DNA of 64,000 nt from a virus (Duplodnaviria; Heunggongvirae; Uroviricota; Caudoviricetes): positions 289,291 through 353,290 of IMG/VR virus record IMGVR_UViG_3300021431_002946, one strand, 5' to 3'. The notes beneath the pieces are model-generated. The model ran no database searches, was not told where the DNA came from, and saw only the letters and a program-made list of their open reading frames with translations. Of the stretch, positions 1 through 10,114 are shown in pieces; positions within the stretch are counted from its first letter, which is position 1, and each line of letters opens with the position of its first letter. The position numbers were made by a program, and so were the translations under genes.

Positions 1-137
1 ATCCCAGGTTGAGAGCCAAAAAAGAAGTGATAATTAAAGTATGCACAAAGGGAAGCCTTTATAAAGATCCAGTCATTTGACAAGATCTTGAATTAGTAGT
101 TTTGATGCCGGGACGCCGGTACATACGCTACCTGATA

Positions 138-212
138 TACTGGGAGGGTGTTGGTTCCCAAGTGAGAGTCATGATCTCACCCACGCTGGTTCAATTCCGG
201 CCCCAGCAACCA
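138..212 (+). tRNA. tRNA-like element (possible CAU anticodon; imperfect cloverleaf)
   Basis: T-arm GCTGG-TTCAATT-CCGGC, acceptor 3' CCCAGCA + A + CCA at 202-212. Anticodon-like arm TGAGA-GTCATGA-TCTCA (163-179). Acceptor 5' strand and D-arm do not fold cleanly. Confidence 0.4.
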
Positions 213-216
213 TTTT

Positions 217-236
217 GTAGCTTTTTAAAAAGCTAC
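217..236. repeat. perfect 20-bp palindrome GTAGCTTTTTAAAAAGCTAC just after the tRNA-like 3' end
   Basis: exact inverted repeat read directly. Confidence 0.7.
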
Positions 237-338
237 CGTGAACAGAAATCTTTTTTATTATAACGTAATTAAGTTGATAATAAAAAGAGACTAATTCCAG
301 CTTAGTACGTAAAGCTAAGGTTTTCTTTCTTTTGATAG

Positions 339-370
339 GCAGAGATCTTTTTAGGTCTCTGCTTTTTTAT
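339..370 (+). terminator. intrinsic terminator
   Basis: GCAGAGA..TCTCTGC stem followed by a T6 run. Confidence 0.6.
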
Positions 371-400
371 TTATAACATTGTTATTTTATAAAAAAATTA

Positions 401-429
401 TTTACGTTTTAATAATTATTTGATATAAT
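401..429 (+). promoter_or_regulatory. sigma70-like promoter TTTACG-N17-TATAAT (first of a repeated TTATTTAC family)
   Basis: -35 TTTACG 401-406, -10 TATAAT 424-429, RBS AAGGAG 467-472. Confidence 0.6.
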
Positions 430-479
430 TATATTATAAAAATAAACCACCAAATAACAAAAAATTAAGGAGATAATTT

Positions 480-2057
480 ATGACAGATACAATTAATGAT
501 ATTGCAAATGCAAAGATCACTGAATTTTTTGATAATTATAAAAAGAATAAGGCGTATTATGGACTTGGAATGGATGAGCAATGGAGAAGTGCATATTTTG
601 TATATTTAGATACAAATACTGGTATTACATATATTTCCGCAACAAGTAATACTTTTTATGAACCTTCAGAAAGATTTAATGTAAATCTTCATTTTGATTT
701 TTTATCTTTTATAGATTTAAAAGATCGTACGCCTAGTACAAATGATAATGCAATTATATCTCGTACTATTTTGCTTAATCCTCAAGAAATACTCACATAT
801 TATAGAACAAATAGACCTACTGAATATAATTGGATTATGAAAAATTTTAAGTCTGAAAAGCTTACTAGAAAGCTTGTAACAAGACTTAAGCTTGCAGTTG
901 TTTGGCCTGAACTTGTTCAGCTTAATATTCTTGGATATACATTTACAAATAAGCTTTGTAATGTAGAAATATATCGTTGGGATGCTAATTTTGATAGAAT
1001 TTGTAAAACTGAGTATGGTAGTCGTGATTGGACAGCTAAAAATGACTATACTTCTTTTTGGCTTAACTTTAAAGGAAATGGTCCTAAAGAAATTTTCTAT
1101 CCTATTCCAGAAAAGATGATTAAAACTCTTAAGAATGTAAATATTACTACTATTGAAACACTTAAGAATATTTATTCTGGATATGACAAAGAACATGCAG
1201 CTGAAAATAAAGATCGAATTGTTCAGTTCTTAAAGTCAATGCACCTTGATACATATGAAGAAATCATTAATTCAGAATTTAATGATAGTAACTTTTGGCA
1301 GATTCTTTCTGCAAAGCATAATGGTAAACCTGTATATAGTTATCAGAATCTTATTGATTATCTTGGAAGACTTGATACATTTCAGGCAATTGATAGAAGA
1401 GAAGCACTTTGCATTCTTAGAGATTATCTTCATATGTGTGAAATGCTGGGAATGGCTCCTGATAAGTATACTAACTCACTCAAGAGAGAACATGATATTG
1501 CAGTAAGAAACTTTAATGCAAGACAGGATGAACTTTCTAATAAAAAGATCGCTGAAGTTGGTAAAGAAATTTCAAAGTTTAATTATGTTGATGAGTCTGC
1601 TGGATTGTTTATTAGATCAATTACTGACTTTGAAGATCTTAAGAATGAAGGAATTAAAATGCATAACTGTGTTGGTTCATACTCAAGCAGAATTATAAAC
1701 GGTTATTCATATATCTTTGTAATTAGATCAATCAAGCATCCTAATGATCCAATTATTACTGTTGAACTTAATCCTTCAAATCTTAGTGTAGTTCAGAAGT
1801 ATTTGTCGTATAATAGAAGTATTACTGATGAACGTCATCTTCAGTTTATTGATGATTGGCATAGACATTGTCTTAAAGTAAACTCTAATTCAGTTAAGCC
1901 TGATAAGTATGTAAAAGCTGTATACAATATCGTACACAATATTGTTGAAGAAGAGGAAGAAATTAATCTTGCAACAATAAATCTTATTAAGGAATTAGTT
2001 GAACTTAAGCCTGAATATAATACTTCTGCTGAAGAAAAAGCACTTATGACTATATAA
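480..2057 (+). CDS. hypothetical protein (possibly PcfJ-like; tentative)
   Basis: 525-aa ORF with RBS; C-terminal HNCVGSYSSRI region vaguely recalls PcfJ-like proteins. Confidence 0.55.
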   Translation: MTDTINDIANAKITEFFDNYKKNKAYYGLGMDEQWRSAYFVYLDTNTGITYISATSNTFYEPSERFNVNLHFDFLSFIDLKDRTPSTNDNAIISRTILLNPQEILTYYRTNRPTEYNWIMKNFKSEKLTRKLVTRLKLAVVWPELVQLNILGYTFTNKLCNVEIYRWDANFDRICKTEYGSRDWTAKNDYTSFWLNFKGNGPKEIFYPIPEKMIKTLKNVNITTIETLKNIYSGYDKEHAAENKDRIVQFLKSMHLDTYEEIINSEFNDSNFWQILSAKHNGKPVYSYQNLIDYLGRLDTFQAIDRREALCILRDYLHMCEMLGMAPDKYTNSLKREHDIAVRNFNARQDELSNKKIAEVGKEISKFNYVDESAGLFIRSITDFEDLKNEGIKMHNCVGSYSSRIINGYSYIFVIRSIKHPNDPIITVELNPSNLSVVQKYLSYNRSITDERHLQFIDDWHRHCLKVNSNSVKPDKYVKAVYNIVHNIVEEEEEINLATINLIKELVELKPEYNTSAEEKALMTI

Positions 2058-2067
2058 TAGGAAATAT

Positions 2068-2502
2068 ATGAAATTTTATTCTGATGACGTTTTAGAACAA
2101 TTTTATTATATTCTTGTTTCTAACATAGAAGATCCATATGAGTATAATGCATTTATTAGTGTTATAAATGATTTTCGTAAACTTTATAAATTAAAGCCAG
2201 TTTATAAAAAAGATGAAGAGACAATAAATAAATTATTTGAAAATTGGTCACCATATGACTTATTATCTATAGGAGGAGAATTTTTATATGGATCTTTAGA
2301 TGATGAAGTTGAACCATTTTTTATATTTAGTAAAGATAAGTCTGAATATTATTTTGACTTTTTAGATGACCCACTTGCGGATCAATATAATAATAATTCA
2401 ATAAAAATTGAATTTATAAAGTATATAATAAATATAAAAAATCCAAATAAAGATGAATGGCTAGTTTATGATAAATTAATTGAAATTATGGAAAGTTATT
2501 GA
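2068..2502 (+). CDS. hypothetical protein
   Basis: 144-aa ORF. Confidence 0.5.
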   Translation: MKFYSDDVLEQFYYILVSNIEDPYEYNAFISVINDFRKLYKLKPVYKKDEETINKLFENWSPYDLLSIGGEFLYGSLDDEVEPFFIFSKDKSEYYFDFLDDPLADQYNNNSIKIEFIKYIINIKNPNKDEWLVYDKLIEIMESY

Positions 2503-2630
2503 TTAGGGAGCAGTACTTAGTCCAAATGAAACTTAGGGATATGGTCTTAAAGATTATATTGTTTTAGATAAATTTGAAGAACTGGTTCCTATAAATCAGT
2601 AACTGAAAGATTATTTAACTATATATATTT

Positions 2631-2657
2631 AAGAGGTTCTTTGAACCTCTTTTTTAT
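2631..2657 (+). terminator. intrinsic terminator
   Basis: AAGAGGTTC..GAACCTCTT stem + T-run. Confidence 0.6.
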
Positions 2658-2747
2658 TTGATTATTTTATTCATAATAATTGTTGTTTTATGAATAGTCC
2701 TGATGGAACAATAATCTCCAAATTATTATGTAATATATATATATTTA

Positions 2748-2776
2748 TTTACAAATTAACATAATTAGTATATAAT
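2748..2776 (+). promoter_or_regulatory. TTTACA-N17-TATAAT promoter
   Basis: -35 at 2748-2753, -10 at 2771-2776. Confidence 0.55.
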
Positions 2777-2804
2777 ATAAAAAATTTATTTATATGAGGT
2801 TTTT

Positions 2805-3605
2805 ATGATTTATGTAATATCTGACATTCATGGTTGTTATGATGAATTTCAGCAAATGCTTAAGAAAATAAATTTTAATCCTGAAAAAGATGAACTTATT
2901 ATTGATGGTGATATTATTGATAGAGGTTCTCAAAATTTTGAAATGCTTAGATATATGGAATCTAATCCTAAAGGAGTTACTTTTATACTTGGAAATCATG
3001 ATTATGATTTTATGTTTTATTGTAAAGGTATAAAACATATTTTTAGAGAACAATTTTGGGAAGATATGTATGATGTTTATGATTGTTTAGCTTTTAAGCG
3101 TTTTGTAAAAGATCATTATGGTACAGTAAAAGAACTTATTAAAACTCATAATGAGCTTACATTAAAAGATTTTGAAGTATGGCAAAAGAAATTTGAGTCT
3201 ATACCTTATTATGTAGAAAGAACAGTAAATGGTAAAAATTATATTATAGTTCATGGTGGTTATATTTCAAAAGAAAATTATGGACGACATATGAGAGATT
3301 TATATTATAATTATGGACTTGAAAATATAGAAACTTTCTATATTTGGGCAAGAAATGAACAACTTTATCTTGGTGGAAAACCTGATACAACAATAATTTT
3401 TGGTCATACTCCAACAATTTTTGCAGATGAAGGTTTTTATAATGATGGTCGAGTTTGGAAATATAATAGAAAAACAGATAATTGTACTTTTATAAATATT
3501 GATTGTGGGCTTGTTTATAAAAAACAATTTCCAAATGAATGTGATAATGGACGTCTTGCTTGTATAAGACTTGATGATGAAAAAATATTTTATGTGGAGG
3601 TATAA
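2805..3605 (+). CDS. Ser/Thr protein phosphatase (PPP-family metallophosphoesterase)
   Basis: DIHG..GDIIDRG..GNHD..HGG..GH motifs. Confidence 0.85.
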   Translation: MIYVISDIHGCYDEFQQMLKKINFNPEKDELIIDGDIIDRGSQNFEMLRYMESNPKGVTFILGNHDYDFMFYCKGIKHIFREQFWEDMYDVYDCLAFKRFVKDHYGTVKELIKTHNELTLKDFEVWQKKFESIPYYVERTVNGKNYIIVHGGYISKENYGRHMRDLYYNYGLENIETFYIWARNEQLYLGGKPDTTIIFGHTPTIFADEGFYNDGRVWKYNRKTDNCTFINIDCGLVYKKQFPNECDNGRLACIRLDDEKIFYVEV

Positions 3606-3606
3606 T

Positions 3607-3936
3607 ATGACTGATAAAGATTTTTTAGATAATGGTTTTATTGAATTTGAACCTAGTCCTTTTGATGGTGAAGTAGAAGCTTGTTTTCAGAAAATTTATA
3701 AAGATGATGTAGGCGAAAAATATTCTATTATAGTAAAGAAATGGGGAGATTTTAAACATCCTTATACTAATGAGGTATTTCCTTTAGGTTATGAATATAA
3801 TATTCAACTTTACAAAAAAGAAGAACATGATGCAGTTGATTTGTTATTTCATAATTCATGGGAATTAAAAGAAGTAGAAGAATATTTAGAAAAATTATGG
3901 CAAACAGGACTATTTGATTATAGTGAAAAATTTTAA
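3607..3936 (+). CDS. hypothetical protein
   Basis: ATG with GGAGG RBS; the listed 3571 start has no RBS. Confidence 0.5.
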   Translation: MTDKDFLDNGFIEFEPSPFDGEVEACFQKIYKDDVGEKYSIIVKKWGDFKHPYTNEVFPLGYEYNIQLYKKEEHDAVDLLFHNSWELKEVEEYLEKLWQTGLFDYSEKF

Positions 3937-3947
3937 TGAGGTGAATT

Positions 3948-4331
3948 ATGAAAATTATTGCATTACCTTATAATTGGGTTGATGATAAAAAATATAAAGA
4001 TTATAATAATACACCTTGGATTTATTTAGACGGAGAATTAGATAGAATTAATGGTTATGATCTTTGTCATGTAGAAGAAGTACCTAATCAAGACGGAATT
4101 TATGATTGTGAAGTAGATATTAATGGAAAACTTTATTCTGCAAAACTTTATTATTGGCATTCTAAATATTTAGATGGTCAATATAGTTCTAGATATATTG
4201 GATATGTAAGTGAAATTAATGATACATTTTCTAATGCAGTTGCACAACTAAAATATGATACAAAATCAGATTTTGCTGGAATATCAGAAGATGACACTAT
4301 AATTTTAAGACAGAAAGGATTTACAATATGA
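3948..4331 (+). CDS. hypothetical protein
   Basis: ORF with GAGG RBS. Confidence 0.5.
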   Translation: MKIIALPYNWVDDKKYKDYNNTPWIYLDGELDRINGYDLCHVEEVPNQDGIYDCEVDINGKLYSAKLYYWHSKYLDGQYSSRYIGYVSEINDTFSNAVAQLKYDTKSDFAGISEDDTIILRQKGFTI

Positions 4332-4672
4332 AATATAATTCTAGTATGAACGCTTATACTGATACAACAAATTTAGATGGACATGAAGTACCTATCTATT
4401 ATACATTAGATAGAACACATGATGTTGGAGATATTGTTGATCTTTATACAGATATTGATGTTGTTAAAGCAGTAAATACTACTAAAGCATTCGCAGAATA
4501 TGCAATGGCTACAGAATACGGGGTTGATATACAAGATTTTAAATTAGCTGGAATTTCAGTTTATAGTAGTTTTATTCTTTATATGTATAGATGTAGTTAT
4601 TTAGGTATGCGACATCTATTTAACGTTTATTATAGCTTTGATGAAAAAGTTATTGAATACAATATTTCATAA
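4328..4672 (+). CDS. hypothetical protein
   Basis: ORF whose start overlaps the previous stop (ATGA). Confidence 0.5.
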   Translation: MKYNSSMNAYTDTTNLDGHEVPIYYTLDRTHDVGDIVDLYTDIDVVKAVNTTKAFAEYAMATEYGVDIQDFKLAGISVYSSFILYMYRCSYLGMRHLFNVYYSFDEKVIEYNIS

Positions 4673-4701
4673 AAATATTTTTAATTAGTTATAAGTTATT
4701 T

Positions 4702-4729
4702 AAAGAGGCTATAAAAAGCCTCTTTTTTA
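4702..4729 (+). terminator. intrinsic terminator
   Basis: AAAGAGGCT..AGCCTCTTT + T6. Confidence 0.65.
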
Positions 4730-4824
4730 TTACATTATAACATTATAACGAAAGGCTATTTATAAATATAAGGTTTATATAAACTGAACAAAAACATTAT
4801 ATTGATTTTATATAAGGAGACTAT

Positions 4825-5715
4825 ATGGATATTTATGCAAAATCTATTTTATCTAGAGACCAGTTAGATTCAAAAATGAATATTGGTTGTGATGGAATAG
4901 AGATACAATTAATTAATGAACTTATAGATCTCCCTACAACTAAATATAGAACAATAAATCAAGCTTTTGATTTAAAACAATTTAATGATTATCCTATTAG
5001 AGCAATACACGCTCCATTAATTAAAGGATTCGATACGAACATTGAACAACTTTGTGATTTAAATGGTCAATTTCTTTTTTATAATATGTGTGAATTAGCT
5101 GAATATTTTGGTGAATTACAAAATAGAGATATTATAATAGTTATTCATACTGAAGAAAGATTAGATCATTTAAAAACTATAAATAATATATTAAATAATA
5201 TTTTACTTTTAATTGATAAAGGATTAAAATTATTTCCGCACATTAAAATAGCAATTGAAAATGTGCCTCCTATTGATTTTATTGATCAAAATATTCGATT
5301 AAGAAATAATGCGCAAGGCGAAAATATTATTTTAGTAAATTATATAAAAGAACAATTAAATACAAATAGAGTTGGAACTGTATTAGATACTTGTCACACT
5401 ATTATGACAAAAAAGTATATGGAACCTATTTGTAAAATAATTGGTGTTGAAAAAGATTTTTCAATGAAACATTATTTTGAAATAAATAAAAATGATATTA
5501 TGTTAGTCCATTTAGCGAACGCAATAAATAATGGATATGAAGATAATCACGGAACTGTTTTCGAAAATCCTGAAGATTGTTTTAAGATTTTAGATTTATA
5601 TAATGAATTTAATTACAATTGTCCAGTAACTTTAGAAGTTAGAGAGAAAGACTATTTAATTAATAATAATTATAGACTAATGAAACAATTAGTAGATAAA
5701 TATTTATGTATGTAA
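4825..5715 (+). CDS. xylose-isomerase-like TIM-barrel protein (endonuclease IV / sugar-phosphate isomerase-like; tentative)
   Basis: IAIENVPP, LDTCHTIM, VHLANA motifs recall the AP endonuclease family 2 fold. Confidence 0.45.
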   Translation: MDIYAKSILSRDQLDSKMNIGCDGIEIQLINELIDLPTTKYRTINQAFDLKQFNDYPIRAIHAPLIKGFDTNIEQLCDLNGQFLFYNMCELAEYFGELQNRDIIIVIHTEERLDHLKTINNILNNILLLIDKGLKLFPHIKIAIENVPPIDFIDQNIRLRNNAQGENIILVNYIKEQLNTNRVGTVLDTCHTIMTKKYMEPICKIIGVEKDFSMKHYFEINKNDIMLVHLANAINNGYEDNHGTVFENPEDCFKILDLYNEFNYNCPVTLEVREKDYLINNNYRLMKQLVDKYLCM

Positions 5716-5770
5716 ATTAAAAAATAAAGAAGAAAATTAAAAAATAAAATCTGAAAGGACGCGACAAATT

Positions 5771-6316
5771 ATGAAATCAGAAAAACTAAGTAACGTGTTA
5801 GGTGAAATTATTTACGATCTTTTATTTGATATTTCTGCTGGAAGAGGCGACGAGAAAATCGATGCTCCAGTAGTTAGTCAAGGAAAAGGTGCTGAACAAG
5901 ATTGTATTAATGAGTTAGTGCAATTTTGGGATGGAAATTCATCTGTAACACGTTATTTTTTATTTACAAACATTTTAAAGAAATGTACATCTAATAATGA
6001 CGTACTTCCTGAAATTGCAGGAATTCTTGCAGGTAACTATCCAGAAGAACAAGAAGCAAAACTTTCTTCTAATAGTATTTTAGCAAGTATTAAGTATTAT
6101 TGTAATAATGAAACTCCTACTGCACCTTCTGTTGAAGATGAAATAAATGACGTTAAGGAAAGTGTAGACACAAAGGAAATTTTTAAGGATCAAGATAAAA
6201 ATCCAAACTATTTAGTTAAGACAAATGAAGAGTCTGACGCTACTAAAAAGAAATTGGAAGCAATTGAAGTTAAGAAAGCGCTTGCCGCAGAAAGAGCTGC
6301 ATATAATGGCAAATAA
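5771..6316 (+). CDS. hypothetical acidic protein
   Basis: 181-aa ORF with RBS. Confidence 0.5.
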   Translation: MKSEKLSNVLGEIIYDLLFDISAGRGDEKIDAPVVSQGKGAEQDCINELVQFWDGNSSVTRYFLFTNILKKCTSNNDVLPEIAGILAGNYPEEQEAKLSSNSILASIKYYCNNETPTAPSVEDEINDVKESVDTKEIFKDQDKNPNYLVKTNEESDATKKKLEAIEVKKALAAERAAYNGK

Positions 6317-6388
6317 GCTATAAAGTAATCATGAATCTGGAGGGAAATTATTTTAATGCATTTTAATATTGTAGAAAGGAGAAACTTA

Positions 6389-7432
6389 ATGAGAACAAAA
6401 AAATTAGTTGCATCAGCCTTAGCGATGATCGTTGTTTTTGTACTAAGCAGCTCAGTATTTGCAGCTCCAGAAGAATTTGAATTAAAATTCAAACAAACTT
6501 ATTTAGTTACAAATAATATGAGCATTGCAACTATTCCAGAATTAGATCCTTTTACATATACGATTTCAAATGATGTAGATACAAGTTTTACTACACTAAA
6601 TGGAATAAATCAAATCTATAAAGGTGATTTAAGTAAAGTTACTTTAAAAACTACTGAAATTGATCTTACTCAAGAAATTGAAGCTAATACTACTGAAGAA
6701 GTTAGTTATGACATAGATCTTGAATTTAGTAATTTTGATAAAGTAGGTATTTATAGATATAGATTAGATCGAAATGATGGAGAATATGTTTACTTCGATA
6801 TTTATGTATTCAATGAAAATGGTACTCCAACTGTTGGTGGATGTAATTTCTATTCTAAAATATTTAGTAATTCTGAACAACATAAAGTATTAGATTTCTT
6901 AGATAGATATGAAGTAAATCAAGAAGAACAACTTTCACATACTCAAAATTCAATTATTCGATTTGTTGATCAAACTGGTAAAAAGATAAGAAATGATATT
7001 ATCTTAATCAGAAATTATAAAGATCCAATTAAAGCACAAAAGCCTATTAAACTTGAGTCAAGAAAGAAAATGGCAATAATTGATAATGAGATTGAAATGG
7101 TTGATGTTGCAACAAATGTTGACGCATGCATTGCAGAATATAAATCAAGCTTAAAATCTTATTTGAATAAAGCATATAAACTTATATCTGACCAAGTTGC
7201 AGATAATCTTGCTTTAGAAGCACCTGCATGGTTCAGTGAAGATGATCCAGATGAAGTTTTAGTTTTCGTAGTTAAAATGAAAGCACCTCCTTCAGGATTT
7301 ATTGGGCCTGGCACAGGTGATGCATTTAATCCTGTTTATTACACTACAATTGCACTTCTTAGTACCGGTGCAACTGCTTGTGCAATAATATATATTCGTA
7401 AGAAAATTAAAAAAATAGAAAAAACTAATTAA
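6389..7432 (+). CDS. secreted cell-wall-anchored pilin-like protein (signal peptide, C-terminal xPGTG + TM + KKIKK tail)
   Basis: RBS-supported ATG at 6389. N-terminal signal peptide AMIVVFVLSSSVFA. C-terminus GPGTGD..hydrophobic..RKKIKKIEK. Confidence 0.6.
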   Translation: MRTKKLVASALAMIVVFVLSSSVFAAPEEFELKFKQTYLVTNNMSIATIPELDPFTYTISNDVDTSFTTLNGINQIYKGDLSKVTLKTTEIDLTQEIEANTTEEVSYDIDLEFSNFDKVGIYRYRLDRNDGEYVYFDIYVFNENGTPTVGGCNFYSKIFSNSEQHKVLDFLDRYEVNQEEQLSHTQNSIIRFVDQTGKKIRNDIILIRNYKDPIKAQKPIKLESRKKMAIIDNEIEMVDVATNVDACIAEYKSSLKSYLNKAYKLISDQVADNLALEAPAWFSEDDPDEVLVFVVKMKAPPSGFIGPGTGDAFNPVYYTTIALLSTGATACAIIYIRKKIKKIEKTN

Positions 7433-7452
7433 AATGAGAGGAATGTGAACAA

Positions 7453-8808
7453 ATGAAGAAAACACATCAAAGAATTACTAGAGGACTTGCGGCTGGTCTT
7501 TTAGTAGCAGCCTTAGCCGCAATGCCTGTTTCTGCTGCGCCTATTGGTAGTGATACTGGTATCGCTGAAGGTGGACCATCAGTAACAATTGATAAGGTTA
7601 TAGCTATTTATAATGATGGTTATAATAAGTCTTGGAATCCAGATGTAACTTATACATTTGAAGTTTCTGCAGCTACAGTTGATAACGTAACTGTTACAGA
7701 TAGTAATGGTACAGTTGTTACAGTTAAGCCTGGTGTAGCAGCAGCTATCGCAGGTCAGTCTGGTGGTAAAGCAACTGTAACTTGCGATTTTGCATCTGCA
7801 GAAGTTGTTGATACTACTTCTACTCTTGCAGAAGGTCTTAAGAGTACATTTGAGATTGGATTTGATGTAACAGCGTTTGCTACTACTGGTCCTGGTATTT
7901 ATCGTTTTAAGATTGACGATGTTACTCCTGCTGCAACTCTTTTAGCTGCTGGTATTGTAAGACCTGCAGGTTATGAAGCAACAAAGTATCTTGACGTTTA
8001 TGTTAAGACAGATACTGCAGATCCTACTCAGTTAGTAATTGATGGTTATGTATTAATTGATACTAATACATCTCTTGAACCTGATGATAGTCATAAGGAT
8101 CCTGGATTTAGACCTGTTGTTACAGAAACTCAGATTCCTGTACCTGGTACAACTATAGAACAACCTAGTGCTACTACATCTAGTTATGGTGTAACTGGTA
8201 TTAATGGTGATAATACATTTGACTATTATAAGACAGTTAACCTTACAGTAAGTAAAGATATTACTGGTAACATGGCAGATACATCTCATGCATTCCCATT
8301 TGTAATTGGTCTTACAAATCAGACTGGTGCAGCTGTTCCTGCTACTGTTTATGTAGGTAATGCTGCAAATGCATTAACTGGTAAAACTAATGCATCATTT
8401 AATGCTAACTTAGCAAAAGATGGAACTTATCTTGTATATGGTATCAATCCTCTTGCTACTGTTAATGTAAAAGAGACAAATGATACAAATGATACATATA
8501 GAGCCTCTATTAAAGTAAATGGTGCTGATGACGGTGCACAAACAGCTCTTGCACATGGAGATGAAAAAGCTATGACTGCTTTAGCAGTATCTGACTATGA
8601 TTCTTCTGCAGCTGCAGTTCCTGCAACTATTACAACAGCTAATGGTGCTAATGCTTCTGCTACTGCTGCATTTGAGAATAATCTTAATGCTGGTACACCT
8701 ACAGGTATCGCTCTTATGGTTGCTCCTTTTATTGCAATTGCTGCAGTAATTGCTACAATTTTTGGTATTAACAAAATTAAGACCAAGAAAGAGACTGACG
8801 CTGAGTAA
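7453..8808 (+). CDS. secreted pilin-like surface protein with sortase-type C-terminal sorting signal (TPTG)
   Basis: signal peptide LAAMPVSAAP; C-terminus GTPTG + hydrophobic stretch + NKIKTKKE tail; T/V/A-rich beta-rich body. Confidence 0.6.
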   Translation: MKKTHQRITRGLAAGLLVAALAAMPVSAAPIGSDTGIAEGGPSVTIDKVIAIYNDGYNKSWNPDVTYTFEVSAATVDNVTVTDSNGTVVTVKPGVAAAIAGQSGGKATVTCDFASAEVVDTTSTLAEGLKSTFEIGFDVTAFATTGPGIYRFKIDDVTPAATLLAAGIVRPAGYEATKYLDVYVKTDTADPTQLVIDGYVLIDTNTSLEPDDSHKDPGFRPVVTETQIPVPGTTIEQPSATTSSYGVTGINGDNTFDYYKTVNLTVSKDITGNMADTSHAFPFVIGLTNQTGAAVPATVYVGNAANALTGKTNASFNANLAKDGTYLVYGINPLATVNVKETNDTNDTYRASIKVNGADDGAQTALAHGDEKAMTALAVSDYDSSAAAVPATITTANGANASATAAFENNLNAGTPTGIALMVAPFIAIAAVIATIFGINKIKTKKETDAE

Positions 8809-8894
8809 GTTTTAATGTAAAGGACATTACTTGACATTATTTTAATAGTAATGTTGAGTAATGTCCTATTTTAAAAAAAAATAGGTACTAAAAT

Positions 8895-9401
8895 ATGAAA
8901 AAGTGTAAGGAATTTATAAAAAAGCATAATGAATTATTTCTAGCAATATTGAAATTAACAGTATTTGCATTGGCTTTATTTATATGTTTTGGAGTAATTT
9001 TAGGTATAAAGACAATGGATTCAGATTATATGCGTCCTGGATTAAAATATCGAGATAATGTAGTTTACTCTCGTTATGGAAATGATTATATTTTAAGGGA
9101 TATGATTATTTATGAATATGAAGGAAAATTATATTTTGGACGAATTGTTGGAATGCCTGGAGTAACGATTCGAACTGATGCTAACGGCAATATTTATCAG
9201 AATGATAATCTTGTATACGAAGAAAACATCAACTATACTTCTAAACGATCGATGGAAGTAGAGTTATCCTTAAAAGATGACGAGTATTTTGTTATATGCG
9301 ATAATCGTTCTCAAAATTTTGATAGTAGAAAGTTTGGACCTATTTCAAAAGATAAATTTAAAGGAAAAGTAATAATGGTGTTGAGGCGATTCGAAATATG
9401 A
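8895..9401 (+). CDS. signal peptidase I (S26) homolog, apparently non-catalytic (SipA/LepA-like pilus assembly factor)
   Basis: box D GRIVGMPGV and box E DNRSQNFDSR present. Box B Ser is Tyr (DYMRPGL) and box D Lys is Gly by hand alignment to SipS. Confidence 0.65.
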   Translation: MKKCKEFIKKHNELFLAILKLTVFALALFICFGVILGIKTMDSDYMRPGLKYRDNVVYSRYGNDYILRDMIIYEYEGKLYFGRIVGMPGVTIRTDANGNIYQNDNLVYEENINYTSKRSMEVELSLKDDEYFVICDNRSQNFDSRKFGPISKDKFKGKVIMVLRRFEI

Positions 9402-10114
9402 AATGGGAAAAAAGAGTACATAAAATCGTTTCTTTATTTATAGAAATATGTTGTGTTATTATTCTTTTACTCATGGGATATTTTATATATGACGTTATTA
9501 ATATACAAAGATCTGCTAATGTAGATAATTATATAAAAGAAATTAAACCAACCATAAATAAAGAAACAAAAGAAGTAGATTTATCAGCTTTACAAGCAAT
9601 AAATCCTGATGTTGTAGGTTGGTTAACTCTAGATGATACAAGAATTGATTATCCTGTTTTACAAGGTAATCCTGATTATACGTATTTAAATAGAGATATG
9701 TACGGTAATGTAAGTCTTACTGGTTCATTATTTATAAGTTATCAAGCAAATCGTTATTTTGAAGATGATTATACCATAATATATGGTCATCATATGGAAG
9801 CTGGCGGTATGTTTGGCGCAATAGATTATTATGAAGATGAAAACTATTTTAATGAACATTTAACAGGCACTCTAATTACTGAAAAGAAAATTTATGATTT
9901 AAAAGTACAAGCGTTAATATATTTAGACGCATATAGCGAAATATATTCTAAAAAAGATATAAAAACATTAAAAAAATTTATTAAAAACACAAAAAATTAC
10001 GAAGTCAAAATTGGTAACATAGAGATTACAGACAAGACTTTATTACTGTCTACCTGTGGTCCCAATGGAAACACAGATAGAATTATTTTAATATTAAGTA
10101 TGGAGGAAAGATAA
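9398..10114 (+). CDS. srtB: class B sortase
   Basis: N-terminal TM; DYPVLQG, IIYGHHM (His), LLLSTCGP (TLxTC Cys), downstream Arg. Confidence 0.85.
   Translation: MKWEKRVHKIVSLFIEICCVIILLLMGYFIYDVINIQRSANVDNYIKEIKPTINKETKEVDLSALQAINPDVVGWLTLDDTRIDYPVLQGNPDYTYLNRDMYGNVSLTGSLFISYQANRYFEDDYTIIYGHHMEAGGMFGAIDYYEDENYFNEHLTGTLITEKKIYDLKVQALIYLDAYSEIYSKKDIKTLKKFIKNTKNYEVKIGNIEITDKTLLLSTCGPNGNTDRIILILSMEER

Noticed and set aside
1-212. tmRNA (ssrA) at the window start
   Set aside because: No resume codon or tag ORF ending in ..AA-stop, and the acceptor is not GGGG/CCCC-ACCA-like. Only a generic tRNA-like 3' half is present.
717-1698. Internal or antisense ORFs within the 480..2057 gene (717..1196 minus, 1246..1506, 1516..1698)
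   Set aside because: Nested in a longer RBS-preceded ORF; hydrophobic junk typical of AT-rich alternate frames.
8821-8871. TTGACA inside the hairpin upstream of the SipA-like gene as a promoter
   Set aside because: No acceptable -10 at 17 ± 1 nt. The region reads better as a terminator hairpin followed by an A-run.
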